Shown: positions 47,078 to 57,875, counted from the first letter of the stretch. The stretch is 64,000 nucleotides of DNA from Methyloversatilis sp. (GCF_030698125.1 NZ_JAUYNV010000014.1:3028-67027); one strand, 5' to 3'. Notes: generated by a model not told the origin, from the sequence alone. Program-made: numbers and translations.

Positions 47078-47380
47078 ATGGCGTTTCCGCTGAAGCCGGC
47101 CGAACTTGAATCGGGGCGCGTCGAACGCGTCATGAGCATCGGTCGCGCCGAGTTTTTCGGCATGCTGCCCGGTGCGGTCGGTCTGCCACTGGTGCATCGT
47201 GGCGAGCAGGTCTGCGGCAAGACCTGGCAGCTGACCGCCGACGAGCTGCCTGCGCTGAACATCGGTCTGCTGAGCCTTCCCAGGCTGCGCGTGCAGATCA
47301 ACTTTCCGTCCCGTGACGGCGCCGTGATGCAGGAGTTCATGGCGCGCTTCGACCGCCACTTCCAGCGCGGCGGCGGCTAA
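47078..47380 (+). CDS. aorE: small conserved-context hypothetical protein, also ending in Gly-Gly-Gly
   Basis: 100 aa from ATG 47078 (or GTG 47072, which overlaps the aorD stop). Ends ...MARFDRHFQRGGG-stop. I recognise no domain. Confidence 0.5.
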   Translation: MAFPLKPAELESGRVERVMSIGRAEFFGMLPGAVGLPLVHRGEQVCGKTWQLTADELPALNIGLLSLPRLRVQINFPSRDGAVMQEFMARFDRHFQRGGG

Positions 47381-47426
47381 TTTGCCGCCGGTGTCGCCCA
47401 AGCCGGGCGGCTCGGGTTATCATTCG

Positions 47427-47531
47427 GCGTGGCGGGTCTCCCCGCATCGTGGCGCGGTGAATCTGGTCAGATCCGGAAGGAAGCAGCCACAGCTGCTCAC
47501 CATGAGTGCCGGGGGTCAGGCTCGCCACCCT
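47427..47531 (+). ncRNA. ffs: signal recognition particle RNA (4.5S RNA)
   Basis: Contains GGUCAGAUCCGGAAGGAAGCAGCC, matching the conserved SRP domain IV core (E. coli CAGGUCCGGAAGGAAGCAGCC). The 5' GUGGCGGG pairs with the 3' CUCGCCAC, and a CCCTTTTTT run follows. It is in the typical position upstream of dnaX. Ends are approximate (+/- 5 nt). Confidence 0.85.
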
Positions 47532-47590
47532 CCCTTTTTTGCTGGATCCGTCTCCCGGGTTTCCATCCTTCCCCTCCCGCCAGCGTTCCG

Positions 47591-49300
47591 ATGAGTTATC
47601 AGGTTCTAGCGCGCAAGTGGCGTCCCCGCAGCTTCGACACGCTGATCGGTCAGGACCACGTCGTGCGCGCGCTGACCCATGCCCTGGAACAGCAACGCCT
47701 GCATCACGCCTACCTCTTCACCGGCACGCGCGGCGTCGGCAAGACGACGATCGCCCGCATCCTCGCCAAGAGCCTGAACTGCGACACCGGCATCACGGCG
47801 AAGCCTTGCGGCGTCTGTGCCGCCTGCACCGAGATCGACGCCGGGCGCTTCGTTGACTACGTCGAGATGGATGCTGCATCCAACCGCAGCGTGGACGACA
47901 TGGCGGCCCTGCTCGAAAAAGCGGCCTACGCGCCCGCGCGCGGCCGCTACAAGGTCTACATGATCGACGAAGTCCACATGCTGACCGGGCACGCCTTCAA
48001 CGCGATGCTGAAGACGCTCGAAGAGCCGCCCGAGCATGTGAAATTCATCCTCGCGACGACCGATCCGCAGAAGATTCCGGTCACGGTGCTGAGCCGCTGC
48101 CTGCAGTTCAACCTGAAGCAGATGCAGCCCGACGCCATCGTGCGACACCTCGCCTGCGTGCTCGATGCCGAACAGGTCGAATACGAGCCGGCAGCACTGC
48201 GGCCGATTTCCAAGGGGGCAGCCGGATCAATGCGCGACGCGCTGTCGCTGCTCGATCAGGCGATCGCCCACGGCGCCGGCCGGCTGATCGAGCAGGATGT
48301 GCTCGACATGCTGGGCACCGTCGGCGACGAACACCTCTACCTCGTGCTCGACGCGCTTGTCACCGGCGACGGCGCTGCGCTGATGGCCCTGACCGAACAG
48401 ATGCGGGCGCGCAGTGTCGATTTCGATCAGGCGCTGCGCGAACTGGCCGTGCTGCTTCATCGCGTCGCCATGGCGCAGCGGGTACCCGACGCCATCACCG
48501 ACGACGTCGAGCGACTGCGCCTGGCGCCTTACGTCGAGGCGATGGATGCCGAATCGGTGCAACTGGCCTACCAGATCGTCGTGCAGGGCTGCAATGATCT
48601 GCCGATGGCGCCCGATGAGGTGACCGGCTTTTCGATGACCTTGCTGCGCCTGCTGGCGTTCCGTCCCGACACGCCGCCGCCGCTGGCGGCCACACCGCGC
48701 GGGCAGAGTGCCGCGCTGCAGGCGCCACCGCGCGTGGCCCGCGCCAGCGCGCCGCTGCCGCCGGTCGTTGCGCCAACGCCAGCCATCGCGCCCGTGCCGG
48801 TCGAGCGCGAACCGATGGCGCAGGTATCCGCGTCGCCGCACATCGAGGCACCTTCCGCGTTTCCGTCCGATGTGGCGCCTCTGCCCACGCCCGCGGAAGT
48901 CCAGGCCGTCGGTGCGGTGCTGCACTCCAACGAAGACTGGCATGCACTGGTCGACCGGCTCGACATCGTGGCACTGACGCGCCAGCTCGCGCACCAGTGC
49001 GAATGGCTGGGCAGCGACGGCGGACGCATCCGTCTGCGCCTGCCGCGCGAGATGGCACATCTGGTCAGCAGCGCGCAGGACAAGTTGCGCGCCGCCGTGC
49101 AGGCTGCGCTCGGCATGCCCGTGCAACTGCAGTTCGAACACGGCGCCCCGGTGTCGCAGACCGTGGCGCAGCGACTGTCCGCCGAACAGCAGGCGCGCGA
49201 GCAGCAGGCGCGCGAGGCGATGCGGAACGACCCCTTTGTTCAGCAGGTCATTGAACAGTTCGATGCCCGGCTGATCGAAGACTCGATAAAACCACTTTGA
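47591..49300 (+). CDS. dnaX: DNA polymerase III subunits gamma/tau
   Basis: Trimmed to ATG 47591: [53 protein letters not shown]... Confidence 0.95.
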   Translation: MSYQVLARKWRPRSFDTLIGQDHVVRALTHALEQQRLHHAYLFTGTRGVGKTTIARILAKSLNCDTGITAKPCGVCAACTEIDAGRFVDYVEMDAASNRSVDDMAALLEKAAYAPARGRYKVYMIDEVHMLTGHAFNAMLKTLEEPPEHVKFILATTDPQKIPVTVLSRCLQFNLKQMQPDAIVRHLACVLDAEQVEYEPAALRPISKGAAGSMRDALSLLDQAIAHGAGRLIEQDVLDMLGTVGDEHLYLVLDALVTGDGAALMALTEQMRARSVDFDQALRELAVLLHRVAMAQRVPDAITDDVERLRLAPYVEAMDAESVQLAYQIVVQGCNDLPMAPDEVTGFSMTLLRLLAFRPDTPPPLAATPRGQSAALQAPPRVARASAPLPPVVAPTPAIAPVPVEREPMAQVSASPHIEAPSAFPSDVAPLPTPAEVQAVGAVLHSNEDWHALVDRLDIVALTRQLAHQCEWLGSDGGRIRLRLPREMAHLVSSAQDKLRAAVQAALGMPVQLQFEHGAPVSQTVAQRLSAEQQAREQQAREAMRNDPFVQQVIEQFDARLIEDSIKPL

Positions 49301-49310
49301 GGATCGCACC

Positions 49311-49634
49311 ATGATGAAAGGTGGCATCGGTGGCCTGATGAAACAGGCCCAGCAGATGCAGGAAAACATGAAGAAGATGCAGGACCAGCTGGCGACCGTC
49401 GAGGTCGAGGGCCAGTCCGGTGCCGGCATGGTGAAGGTTGTCATGACGTGCAAGCACGACGTGCGTCGCGTCAGCATCGACCCGTCGGTCATGGATGACC
49501 GCGAAATGCTCGAAGACCTGCTGGCCGCTGCGGTGAACGACGCAGTGCGTCGGGTTGAGACGACCACGGCAGAAAAGATGGCCGGCTTCACATCCGGTCT
49601 GAATTTGCCACCCGGCTTCAAGCTGCCGTTCTGA
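49311..49634 (+). CDS. ybaB: YbaB/EbfC nucleoid-associated protein
   Basis: 107 aa: [28 protein letters not shown]... Confidence 0.9.
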   Translation: MMKGGIGGLMKQAQQMQENMKKMQDQLATVEVEGQSGAGMVKVVMTCKHDVRRVSIDPSVMDDREMLEDLLAAAVNDAVRRVETTTAEKMAGFTSGLNLPPGFKLPF

Positions 49635-49650
49635 TAACCGTGCTGCACGG

Positions 49651-50244
49651 ATGACGCCGGGTGTCCTCGACGAGTTGGTGAACGCGTTGCGCTGCCTGCC
49701 GTCGGTCGGCCCGAAAAGCGCACAGCGCATGGCTTTTCACCTGCTGCAGCGTGACCGGCAGGGCGCCGAAAAGCTGGCCCGCGCGCTCGGTCAGGCGCTG
49801 ACCCGGCTGCACAATTGCGTGCGCTGCAATACCTTCACCGAACTCGAGGTGTGCGAGCGCTGTGCCTCGCCGCGCCGTGATGCGTCGCTGCTGTGCGTTG
49901 TCGAAAGCCCGGCCGACATGCTGATGATGGAGCAGACGCAGAGCTATGCCGGCCTGTATTACTGCCTGATGGGGCGCATCGCTCCGCTGGAAGGCGTCGG
50001 CCCGCGCGAGCTGAGGCTCGAGCGCTTGCTGGAACGCGCGGCCGACCCTCAGGTGACCGAAGTCATCCTCGCCACCAATTTCACCAATGAAGGCGAAGCC
50101 ACCGCGCACTACCTCGGCGAAATGTTGCGTGCGCGCGGCCTTGCGGTAAGCCGTATCGCGCGCGGCCTGCCGGTCGGCGGCGAACTCGAGCACACCGATA
50201 TCGGCACCATTGCCCAGGCGCTGTCGGAACGACGGCCCGCATGA
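49651..50244 (+). CDS. recR: recombination protein RecR
   Basis: 197 aa with [17 protein letters not shown], the zinc finger [16 protein letters not shown], and a Toprim region. Confidence 0.95.
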   Translation: MTPGVLDELVNALRCLPSVGPKSAQRMAFHLLQRDRQGAEKLARALGQALTRLHNCVRCNTFTELEVCERCASPRRDASLLCVVESPADMLMMEQTQSYAGLYYCLMGRIAPLEGVGPRELRLERLLERAADPQVTEVILATNFTNEGEATAHYLGEMLRARGLAVSRIARGLPVGGELEHTDIGTIAQALSERRPA

Positions 50245-51455
50245 GCGATCCGGCTGTCAGACCACTGTCCGGCCTGAAGGTGGTCGAACTGGGCACCTTG
50301 ATCGCCGGCCCGTTCGCGTCGCGCATCCTGGCCGAATTCGGTGCCGAAGTGATCAAGATCGAATCGCCGGACGGCGGCGATCCGCTGCGCAAATGGCGTC
50401 TGCTTTACGAAGGAACGTCGCTGTGGTGGTTCGTACAGGCGCGCAACAAGAAGTCGGTCACGCTCAACCTGAAGCACCCGGACGGTCTCGACGTACTGCG
50501 TCGCCTGCTGGCCGACGCCGACGTACTGGTCGAAAACTTCCGCCCCGGCGTGCTGGACAAGCTCGGCCTGCCTGAAACAACGCTGCGAGCGCTCAATCCG
50601 TCGCTGGTCATCGTCCGTCTGTCTGGATTCGGCCAGACCGGGCCGATGGCCGAACAACCCGGTTTCGGCGCCATCGGCGAATCGATGGGCGGCCTGCGCT
50701 ACATCACCGGCTTCCCGGACCGACCGCCGGTCAAGGTCGGCATTTCGATCGGAGATTCGATCGCCGCGCTGTGGGGCGTCATCGGCGCGCTGATGGCGCT
50801 GCGCCACCGCGATGCCACCGGCGGGCGCGGAGCGGGGCAGGGCCAGACCGTTGACGTCGCCCTGTACGAAGCCGTGTTCGCGATGATGGAGAGCATGTTG
50901 CCGGAGTTCGACGTGTTCGGCTTCATCCGCGGCCGTACCGGCAACATCATGCCCGGCATCACGCCGTCGAACACCCACACCGCACGCGACGGCCGTCACA
51001 TCATCATCGGCGGCAATGGCGACGCGATTTTCAAGCGCCTGATGGCCGCCCTCGGTCGCCCCGATCTCGCCGTCGACCCTTCACTCGCCGACAACGCAGG
51101 CCGCGATGCGCGGCGCGACGAAATCTATGCGCTGATCGACGCCTGGGTGGCCGAGCGCGATGGCGAAGAAGTGCTGCGCGTGCTGGGCGAAGCCGACGTG
51201 CCGGTCAGCCGGGTGTATTCGATCGAAGACATCGTCGCCGATCCGCAGTTTCTCGCGCGCGCCATGTTCGAAACGCTGGAACTGCCGGACGGCCGACCCT
51301 TCAAAGCGCCCGCGGTGGTGCCGCGGTTGTCGGAAACGCCGGGCGGCACGGACTGGATCGGCCCCGAGCTTGGCGCGCACACGGATCAGGTGCTCGCCGA
51401 ACTTGGCATTGCACCGGAACGCATCGCGCGCATGCGCGAACAGGGCGCGCTGTGA
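50241..51455 (+). CDS. family III CoA-transferase (CaiB/BaiF type)
   Basis: 404 aa: [33 protein letters not shown], ...VENFRPG..., ...GDS(I/A). The start overlaps the recR stop (ATGA). Confidence 0.8.
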   Translation: MSDPAVRPLSGLKVVELGTLIAGPFASRILAEFGAEVIKIESPDGGDPLRKWRLLYEGTSLWWFVQARNKKSVTLNLKHPDGLDVLRRLLADADVLVENFRPGVLDKLGLPETTLRALNPSLVIVRLSGFGQTGPMAEQPGFGAIGESMGGLRYITGFPDRPPVKVGISIGDSIAALWGVIGALMALRHRDATGGRGAGQGQTVDVALYEAVFAMMESMLPEFDVFGFIRGRTGNIMPGITPSNTHTARDGRHIIIGGNGDAIFKRLMAALGRPDLAVDPSLADNAGRDARRDEIYALIDAWVAERDGEEVLRVLGEADVPVSRVYSIEDIVADPQFLARAMFETLELPDGRPFKAPAVVPRLSETPGGTDWIGPELGAHTDQVLAELGIAPERIARMREQGAL

Positions 51456-51518
51456 GCCGATACACCGCACGACGGGTTTGCATCGCACGGTTCAGTGGCA
51501 CGGAAAGCTTGTCGGGGG

Positions 51519-51548
51519 TTTAAAGCAGTAGTCGCTTGGGGGTATAAT
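51519..51548 (+). promoter_or_regulatory. possible sigma-70 promoter of petABC
   Basis: TATAAT at 51543-51548, with TTTAAA 18 nt upstream, 40 nt before the petA start. The -35 is weak. Confidence 0.35.
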
Positions 51549-51588
51549 CGCAGGTTGCGCAGAATCAATTGTTTCGACGGGGTGAAGC

Positions 51589-52197
51589 ATGAGTGGCAAT
51601 GAGAAAAAAATGGATTGCGGGCGCCGCAATCTGCTCGTGGCAACCGCCTGTGCGGGTGGCGTTGCAGGACTTGCAGTCGCAGTTCCCTTCCTGACCAGTC
51701 TGGCGCCTTCGGAGCGCGCGAAAGCCGCGGGTGCTCCGGTCGAGGTGGATGTTTCCAAACTCGCTCCGGGTGAAATGACCACTGTCGAGTGGCAGGGCAA
51801 ACCGGTGTGGATCCTGCGTCGCACGCCGGAACAGCTCGAAGCCCTCACGAAGATCGAGGACAAGCTCGCTGACCCCAATTCGGAACGCAACCCGTCCGAA
51901 TTCACCCCCGAATACGCCCGCAACGTGCAGCGCGCCCGCGAAGATCGCGCGGAGTACGCCGTGCTCGTGGCGATCTGTACCCATCTCGGCTGTTCGCCCT
52001 CGGGCCCGTTTGCTTCCGGTTCGAACGCGCAGCTCGGCGATGTCGCCGGATTCGTGTGCCCCTGCCACGGTTCGAGTTTCGACCTCGCAGGTCGCGTATT
52101 CAAGGCAATGCCGGCACCGGACAACCTCGCGGTGCCGCCTTACATGTTCCTGTCCGACAGCCGAATCCTGGTTGGTCAGGACTCCAAGGAGGGTTGA
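51589..52197 (+). CDS. petA: ubiquinol-cytochrome c reductase Rieske iron-sulfur subunit
   Basis: Tat-like N-terminus (RRNLLVATA) and the Rieske boxes CTHLGC and CPCHGS. Confidence 0.95.
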   Translation: MSGNEKKMDCGRRNLLVATACAGGVAGLAVAVPFLTSLAPSERAKAAGAPVEVDVSKLAPGEMTTVEWQGKPVWILRRTPEQLEALTKIEDKLADPNSERNPSEFTPEYARNVQRAREDRAEYAVLVAICTHLGCSPSGPFASGSNAQLGDVAGFVCPCHGSSFDLAGRVFKAMPAPDNLAVPPYMFLSDSRILVGQDSKEG

Positions 52198-52200
52198 GCG

Positions 52201-53484
52201 ATGGCTGGCGAAAAGGTTGTAACGACTACCGGCCTGCTGGGCTGGATCGACCAGCGTTTCCCGCTGACGTCGATGTACAAGGAACATCTGGCGGAGTACT
52301 ACGCGCCGAAAAACTTCAACTTCTGGTACTTCTTCGGTTCGCTCGCACTGCTCGTGCTGGTGATCCAGGTCGTCACAGGCATTTTCCTGGTGATGCACTT
52401 CAAGCCGGATGCTTCGCTGAACGCGTCGGGTGTTCCGGTGGCCTTTGCCAGTGTCGAATACATCATGCGCGACGTGCCATGGGGCTGGATGATCCGCTAC
52501 ATGCACTCGACCGGCGCTTCGGCGTTCTTCGTCGTGGTCTATCTGCACATGTTCCGCGGCCTGATGTACGGCTCATACCGCAAACCGCGCGAACTGGTTT
52601 GGATCTTCGGTTGTGCGATCTTCCTTCTGCTGATGGCGGAGGCCTTCATGGGCTACCTGCTGCCGTGGGGACAGATGTCGTACTGGGGCGCACAGGTCCT
52701 CATCAACCTGTTCTCGGCCATTCCGTTCATCGGCAATGATCTGTCGATCTGGCTGCGTGGCGACTACGTGATCGGTGACGCAACGCTGAACCGCTTCTTC
52801 TCGTTCCACGTGATCGCCGTGCCGCTGGTACTGATCGGCCTCGTTGCGGCGCACATCATCGCGCTGCACGAAGTCGGCTCGAACAACCCGGACGGGGTGG
52901 AGATCAAGAAGCACAAGGACCCCAAGACCGGCATTCCGCTCGACGGCATTCCTTTCCACCCGTACTACACGGTGAAGGACATCGTCGGTACCGTGGTCTT
53001 CCTGATCTGCTTCTCGGCGGTCGTGTTCTTCGCGCCCGAGTTCGGCGGTTACTTCCTGGAATACAACAACTTCATTCCGGCCGACCCGCTGAAGACGCCG
53101 TCGCACATCGCTCCGGTCTGGTACTTCACGCCGTTCTATTCGATCCTGCGCGCCAACACGGTGAATTTCTTCTGGGTTGATGCGAAGCTGTGGGGCGTGA
53201 TCTTCATGGGCCTGTCCGTGATGATCTTCTTCCTGCTGCCCTGGCTCGATCGCTCGCCAGTGAAGTCGATCCGCTATCGCGGCCCGATCTACAAGGCAGC
53301 GCTGGCCATCTTCATCATCGCCTTCCTGATCCTGGGTTACCTGGGTGTGCAGGCACCGACGCCGATGGGCACGCTGGTGTCGCAGATCTGCACGATCATC
53401 TACTTCCTGTTCTTCATCGCGATGCCGTGGTACACCGCGATCGACAAGACGAAGCCCGTACCTGATCGCGTGACCGGACACTGA
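52201..53484 (+). CDS. petB: cytochrome b
   Basis: 427 aa with WNFGS-type N-terminus (FNFWYFFGSLAL), haem-ligand His pairs, and the PEWY-equivalent region (APVWYFTPFY). Confidence 0.95.
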   Translation: MAGEKVVTTTGLLGWIDQRFPLTSMYKEHLAEYYAPKNFNFWYFFGSLALLVLVIQVVTGIFLVMHFKPDASLNASGVPVAFASVEYIMRDVPWGWMIRYMHSTGASAFFVVVYLHMFRGLMYGSYRKPRELVWIFGCAIFLLLMAEAFMGYLLPWGQMSYWGAQVLINLFSAIPFIGNDLSIWLRGDYVIGDATLNRFFSFHVIAVPLVLIGLVAAHIIALHEVGSNNPDGVEIKKHKDPKTGIPLDGIPFHPYYTVKDIVGTVVFLICFSAVVFFAPEFGGYFLEYNNFIPADPLKTPSHIAPVWYFTPFYSILRANTVNFFWVDAKLWGVIFMGLSVMIFFLLPWLDRSPVKSIRYRGPIYKAALAIFIIAFLILGYLGVQAPTPMGTLVSQICTIIYFLFFIAMPWYTAIDKTKPVPDRVTGH

Positions 53485-53498
53485 AAGCCAGACAGATC

Positions 53499-54257
53499 AT
53501 GAAACAACTCAAAAACCTGTTTCTGGGCGCCCTGTTCGCCCCCTTGGTTGCAATGGCCGCAGGCGGTCACGTACAACTCGATCGCGCGCCGACCGAGAAA
53601 TTCCGTGATGCCCTCGCGATCCAGCGCGGCGCGCAGATGTTCGTCAATTACTGCCTGAACTGCCACTCGGCGTCGTACATGCGTTACAACCGCCTGAACG
53701 ACATCGGTCTGACGGACGAGCAGATCAAGGACAACCTGCTGTTCGCTGCCGACAAGGTCGGTGAAACAATGCGCGTCGGCATGACGCGCGCCGACGGCAT
53801 CAAGTGGTTCGGCGCGGCGCCGCCCGACCTGAGTGTGGTGGCGCGTTCGCGCGCCTCGGGCGATGGCAGCGGCGCAGACTGGCTCTACACCTACCTGCGC
53901 GGCTTCTACCGCGACGACGCGCGTCCGACCGGCTGGAACAACACGGCCTTTGCCAACGTCGGCATGCCGCACGTCCTGTACGAACTTCAGGGCGAGCAGA
54001 CTGCCAGGCACGTGAAGGTGTCGGATGGCCACGGCGGCGAAGTGGATTCGCTGCAGATCGAACTGACGAAACCGGGCAAGCTCAGCAAGTCCGAGTACGA
54101 TTCGGCGATCGGCGATCTGGTTGCCTACCTTGTTTTCATGGCCGAACCCGGCGCCGAAAAGCGTCGCCAGACCGGCCTGCTCGTCATCCTCGGTCTTTCC
54201 GTCCTGCTCACGCTGGCATACCTGCTCAAGCGCGAGTACTGGAAAGACGTCCATTAA
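53499..54257 (+). CDS. petC: cytochrome c1
   Basis: 252 aa with a signal peptide, the haem site CLNCHS, and a C-terminal TM anchor. Confidence 0.9.
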   Translation: MKQLKNLFLGALFAPLVAMAAGGHVQLDRAPTEKFRDALAIQRGAQMFVNYCLNCHSASYMRYNRLNDIGLTDEQIKDNLLFAADKVGETMRVGMTRADGIKWFGAAPPDLSVVARSRASGDGSGADWLYTYLRGFYRDDARPTGWNNTAFANVGMPHVLYELQGEQTARHVKVSDGHGGEVDSLQIELTKPGKLSKSEYDSAIGDLVAYLVFMAEPGAEKRRQTGLLVILGLSVLLTLAYLLKREYWKDVH

Positions 54258-54363
54258 TCAAATACGCCCGAAAGTCATGCAAGCTCTCGGTCATCGCGAA
54301 GCGACCCCATCACGCGTACGTCGCGTGGTGCGGGATGCCGAGTACTCCTGGGGTGTCAACACG

Positions 54364-54960
54364 ATGATGAATCTGTACTCGGGGACCACCGATCCCTTTT
54401 CCCATCGCTGCCGTATTGTCCTCTACGAAAAAGGCATGGATTTCCAGGTCATTGATGTCGACCTGTACAACAAGCCGGAAGACATTGCGGTCATCAATCC
54501 CTACAACCGCGTGCCGGTGCTGGTTGATCGCGACCTCATCCTGTATGACTCCAACATCATCAATGAGTACATTGACGAGCGTTTTCCGCACCCGCAACTG
54601 ATGCCGCCGGACCCGATCATGCGGGCCCGCGCACGTCAGCTTCTGCATACGGTCGAGAACGAACTGTTCTCGCACATCGAGGCGCTGGAAAAGAATGCGC
54701 GCACGGCCGACAAGTCGCGCGCGCACCTGCGTGATCGTCTGACCGAGCTCACGGCGATCTTCGCCAAGCAGAAGTACATGCTGGGCGAGGAATTTTCCAT
54801 GCTGGACGTTGCCATTGCTCCATTACTATGGCGACTTGACCACTACGGTATCGAACTTCCCAAGTCTGCTGCGCCGCTGATGAAGTACGCCGAACGTATC
54901 TTTTCCCGCCAGGGGTTCATTGATGCGCTCACGCCGTCCGAAAAAGTGATGCGTCGCTAG
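54364..54960 (+). CDS. sspA: stringent starvation protein A
   Basis: Trimmed to ATG 54364: MMNLYSGTTDPFSHRCRIVLYEKGMDFQVIDVDLYNKPEDIAVINPYNRVPVLVDRDLILYDSNIINEYIDERFPHPQLMP. Confidence 0.9.
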   Translation: MMNLYSGTTDPFSHRCRIVLYEKGMDFQVIDVDLYNKPEDIAVINPYNRVPVLVDRDLILYDSNIINEYIDERFPHPQLMPPDPIMRARARQLLHTVENELFSHIEALEKNARTADKSRAHLRDRLTELTAIFAKQKYMLGEEFSMLDVAIAPLLWRLDHYGIELPKSAAPLMKYAERIFSRQGFIDALTPSEKVMRR

Positions 54961-54986
54961 ACTGCCCGGAGTATTCGTTCAACTGC

Positions 54987-55424
54987 ATGGATGTGATGAG
55001 TTCCGTTTCGACCAAGCCCTATCTGCTCCGTGCGCTGTTTGACTGGTGCGCGGACCAGGGGCTTACGCCCTATATCGCGGTCGTCGTCGACGAGCGCGCG
55101 GGCGTCCCACGCCAGTACGTGAAGGATGGCCAGATCATCCTGAACATCGGGCGTGAAGCGGTGCATCAACTGGTCATGGGTAACGAATTGATTACCTGTT
55201 CGGCCCGTTTCGGCGGCGTCGCGCAGGAATTGACCATTCCAATCGATTGTGTCGCTGCGATCTATGCGCGCGAAAACGGTCACGGCATGGCATTTGAAGT
55301 CACGCCGGGTCAGACCGTTCGTGCCGACGTGGCACCGGCGGCTGCATCCGAACGCAGCGAGCAGCCCGTGCTCACCACACCGGACAAGCCGGTCGGCCGC
55401 TCTCACCTTCGCCGCATCAAGTAG
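54987..55424 (+). CDS. sspB: ClpXP adaptor / stringent starvation protein B
   Basis: 145 aa: ...[25 protein letters not shown]... The C-terminal tail ends RSHLRRIK (XB-like). Confidence 0.85.
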   Translation: MDVMSSVSTKPYLLRALFDWCADQGLTPYIAVVVDERAGVPRQYVKDGQIILNIGREAVHQLVMGNELITCSARFGGVAQELTIPIDCVAAIYARENGHGMAFEVTPGQTVRADVAPAAASERSEQPVLTTPDKPVGRSHLRRIK

Positions 55425-55429
55425 GACTG

Positions 55430-55451
55430 CGCGCCACGACTGCGTGGCGCG
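55430..55451 (+). terminator. hairpin after sspB (possible terminator)
   Basis: CGCGCCAC-N6-GTGGCGCG, 6 nt after the stop. The downstream sequence is only moderately T-rich. Confidence 0.35.
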
Positions 55452-55573
55452 GCGCTCCATCTCTCTGCAATTCCCTCTCGATCCGGCATCCGGACTCCGG
55501 CACGCGCATTGCCGACCGAACGGTCGGCGTACGCGGTAAAATCCTGTTCCTTTCCGTTTCAGGCCCTCCGCCG

Positions 55574-56542
55574 ATGAAAACCACCTTTCTCGATTTTGAA
55601 CAGCCGATCGCCGAACTTGAGGCGAAAATCGAGGAGTTGCGTTTCGTGCAGGACGACTCGGCGGTCGATATTTCGGAAGAGATCGCCCGGCTCGAAGCAA
55701 AGAGCCAGTCGCTCACCAAGGATATCTACGCCAAGCTCACGCCCTGGCAGATTGCCCAGGTGGCGCGCCATCCGCAGCGTCCGTATTCGCTCGATTACTT
55801 CCGCCTGATGTTCACCGAGTTCCAGGAACTGCATGGTGACCGCTCGTTCGCCGATGATCACGCCATCGTCGGTGGCATCGCCCGCTTCAACGGCCACGCC
55901 TGCATGGTGATCGGTCACCAGAAGGGGCGCGACACAAAAGACAAGATCCATCGCAATTTCGGCATGCCGCGTCCGGAGGGTTACCGCAAGGCACTGCGTC
56001 TGATGAAGCTGGCGGAAAAATTCGCCATGCCGGTGTTCACCTTCATCGATACGCCGGGCGCCTATCCGGGCATCGACGCCGAAGAACGCGGCCAGTCCGA
56101 AGCCATCGGCCACAACCTGTACGCCATGGCCGAACTGCGCGTGCCCATCATCGCCACCATCATCGGTGAGGGTGGCTCCGGCGGCGCACTGGCGATCGCC
56201 GTGGCCGACACGTTGATGATGCTGCAGTACTCGACTTACTCGGTCATTTCGCCGGAAGGCTGTGCGTCCATCCTGTGGAAAAGCGCGGACAAGGCTGCCG
56301 ACGCCGCAGAAATCATGGGCATCACCGCGTCGCGCCTGAAAACCCTCGGCCTGATCGACAAGGTGGTGAACGAACCTGCAGGCGGCGGTCACCGCGACCA
56401 CACCACGGTTGCCGCGTCGCTCAAGCGCGCGCTGGCCGAAGCGCAGCGCCAGCTTGCCGATCTCACCCCGACCCAGCTGGTGGAGCGCCGCTTCGAGCGA
56501 CTGATGTCCTATGGCAAATTCAAGGAGCAGGCCGTCGCCTGA
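55574..56542 (+). CDS. accA: acetyl-CoA carboxylase carboxyltransferase alpha subunit
   Basis: 322 aa: [23 protein letters not shown]... and [10 protein letters not shown]...[11 protein letters not shown]. Confidence 0.95.
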   Translation: MKTTFLDFEQPIAELEAKIEELRFVQDDSAVDISEEIARLEAKSQSLTKDIYAKLTPWQIAQVARHPQRPYSLDYFRLMFTEFQELHGDRSFADDHAIVGGIARFNGHACMVIGHQKGRDTKDKIHRNFGMPRPEGYRKALRLMKLAEKFAMPVFTFIDTPGAYPGIDAEERGQSEAIGHNLYAMAELRVPIIATIIGEGGSGGALAIAVADTLMMLQYSTYSVISPEGCASILWKSADKAADAAEIMGITASRLKTLGLIDKVVNEPAGGGHRDHTTVAASLKRALAEAQRQLADLTPTQLVERRFERLMSYGKFKEQAVA

Positions 56543-57875
56543 TCTGTCCGGCCAGCTTGCTGCCGCACTCGCGGCCCACTGCACCGACGGCAGCCGGCTG
56601 TTGCTCGGCTTCAGCGGCGGACTCGATTCAACCGTCTTGCTGCATGGTCTGGCGGCGCTGCGTGCGCAGCAGGGCTGGCAGCTCGAATGTGCCCACGTCC
56701 ATCACGACCTCAGTCCGAATGCGGATCACTGGGCGGATGTCTGCGCCGCGCAGTGCCGGGCGCTCGACCTGCCGTTCAGCGTGCTGCGCGTCGAGGTGTC
56801 GCGTAGTTCGGCCGACGGTCTCGAATGTGCCGCACGCGACGCGCGCTACGCAGCGCTGCACACGCATGCGCATGACCGCGGGCTCGACACGCTGCTGACC
56901 GCCCACCACGCCGACGATCAGGCCGAAACGCTGCTGCACAACATGGTGCGCGGCGCCGGCCTGCTCGGGCTGGCCGGCATGCCCGCCTGGCGCGCCGCCG
57001 ATGGCGATCGCGTCGCCACGCTGCGACCGCTGCTCGGCGTGCCGCGCAGTGCGCTCGAAGCCCATGCGCAGGCGCACGGCCTGAGCTGGATCGACGACGA
57101 ATCCAATGCCGACACGCGCTACGCCCGCAACTACCTGCGCCGCAACATCCTGCCGGTGCTGACCTCGCGCTGGCCGCGGGCGGCCGAAGCGATGTCCGGC
57201 GTCGCGCGCCGTCTGGCCGAAGCGCAAACCCTGCTCGACGTGCTCGCCGCGCGCGACGCCGAAGCCCTCACGGAGGCCACGTCGTGGGGCCGCTGCTACC
57301 GACTCGACGGGCTGATCGCGCTCGATGCCGCGCGCCAGCGCAATCTGCTGCGCTGGCTGCTCAGGCAGCATGGTGCGCGTACGTTGCCCAATGAACCCTG
57401 GCTGGACGAATGGCGCCGCCAGCTCGCCGTGGCGCAGGCCACGTCGGCCTGCCCGGTGGCGCACGCCGGTGTGGCGGGCATCAGCCACCGCGGCGCGCTG
57501 TGGCTGATGCCCGATTTCGATCCGCCTGCCGAGCGGAGGTGGTCGGGGGAGCCGGTGCAGGCGTGGGGTGCCGGGCAGATCCGTTTCGAACCGGTCAGCG
57601 GGCAGGGTCTTGCGGCGTCGGTGGTTGCGCAGGCGCATGTCACCGTGCGTGCCCGGGCGCCCGGCGACCGTCTGCCGCGCGGTCCGGGGCGGCCGCGTGC
57701 CGGCATCAAGCAGATCGCGCAGGAATGCGGCCTGCCGCCCTGGTTGCGCGATCGCGTCCCCATCGTGTGCGTCGACGGGCGTCCGGTCTGGATGCCCGGT
57801 TGCGACATCGCGCCGCCCTTCCTTGCGGCGGCCGATGAAGCAGGGTGGTTGCCGCGCTGGCACCTGGCCGGCTGA
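56511..57875 (+). CDS. tilS: tRNA(Ile)-lysidine synthetase
   Basis: PP-loop [14 protein letters not shown], in the conserved accA-tilS position. The annotated start overlaps accA by 32 nt, so the true start may be slightly downstream. Confidence 0.85.
   Translation: MANSRSRPSPDLSGQLAAALAAHCTDGSRLLLGFSGGLDSTVLLHGLAALRAQQGWQLECAHVHHDLSPNADHWADVCAAQCRALDLPFSVLRVEVSRSSADGLECAARDARYAALHTHAHDRGLDTLLTAHHADDQAETLLHNMVRGAGLLGLAGMPAWRAADGDRVATLRPLLGVPRSALEAHAQAHGLSWIDDESNADTRYARNYLRRNILPVLTSRWPRAAEAMSGVARRLAEAQTLLDVLAARDAEALTEATSWGRCYRLDGLIALDAARQRNLLRWLLRQHGARTLPNEPWLDEWRRQLAVAQATSACPVAHAGVAGISHRGALWLMPDFDPPAERRWSGEPVQAWGAGQIRFEPVSGQGLAASVVAQAHVTVRARAPGDRLPRGPGRPRAGIKQIAQECGLPPWLRDRVPIVCVDGRPVWMPGCDIAPPFLAAADEAGWLPRWHLAG

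Noticed and set aside
47915-47921. Possible dnaX -1 programmed frameshift site (gamma subunit), as in E. coli A-AAA-AAG.
   Set aside because: Only GAAAAAG is present, read as GAA-AAA-GCG. This is not a full X-XXY-YYZ slippery heptamer, no obvious downstream stem-loop follows, and it is far too early in the gene for a gamma product.
51496-51511. TGGCACGGAAAGCTTG upstream of petA, as a possible sigma-54 promoter.
   Set aside because: The GC sits at positions 12-13 instead of 14-15. A TATAAT box 30 nt downstream gives a simpler sigma-70 explanation for a housekeeping operon.
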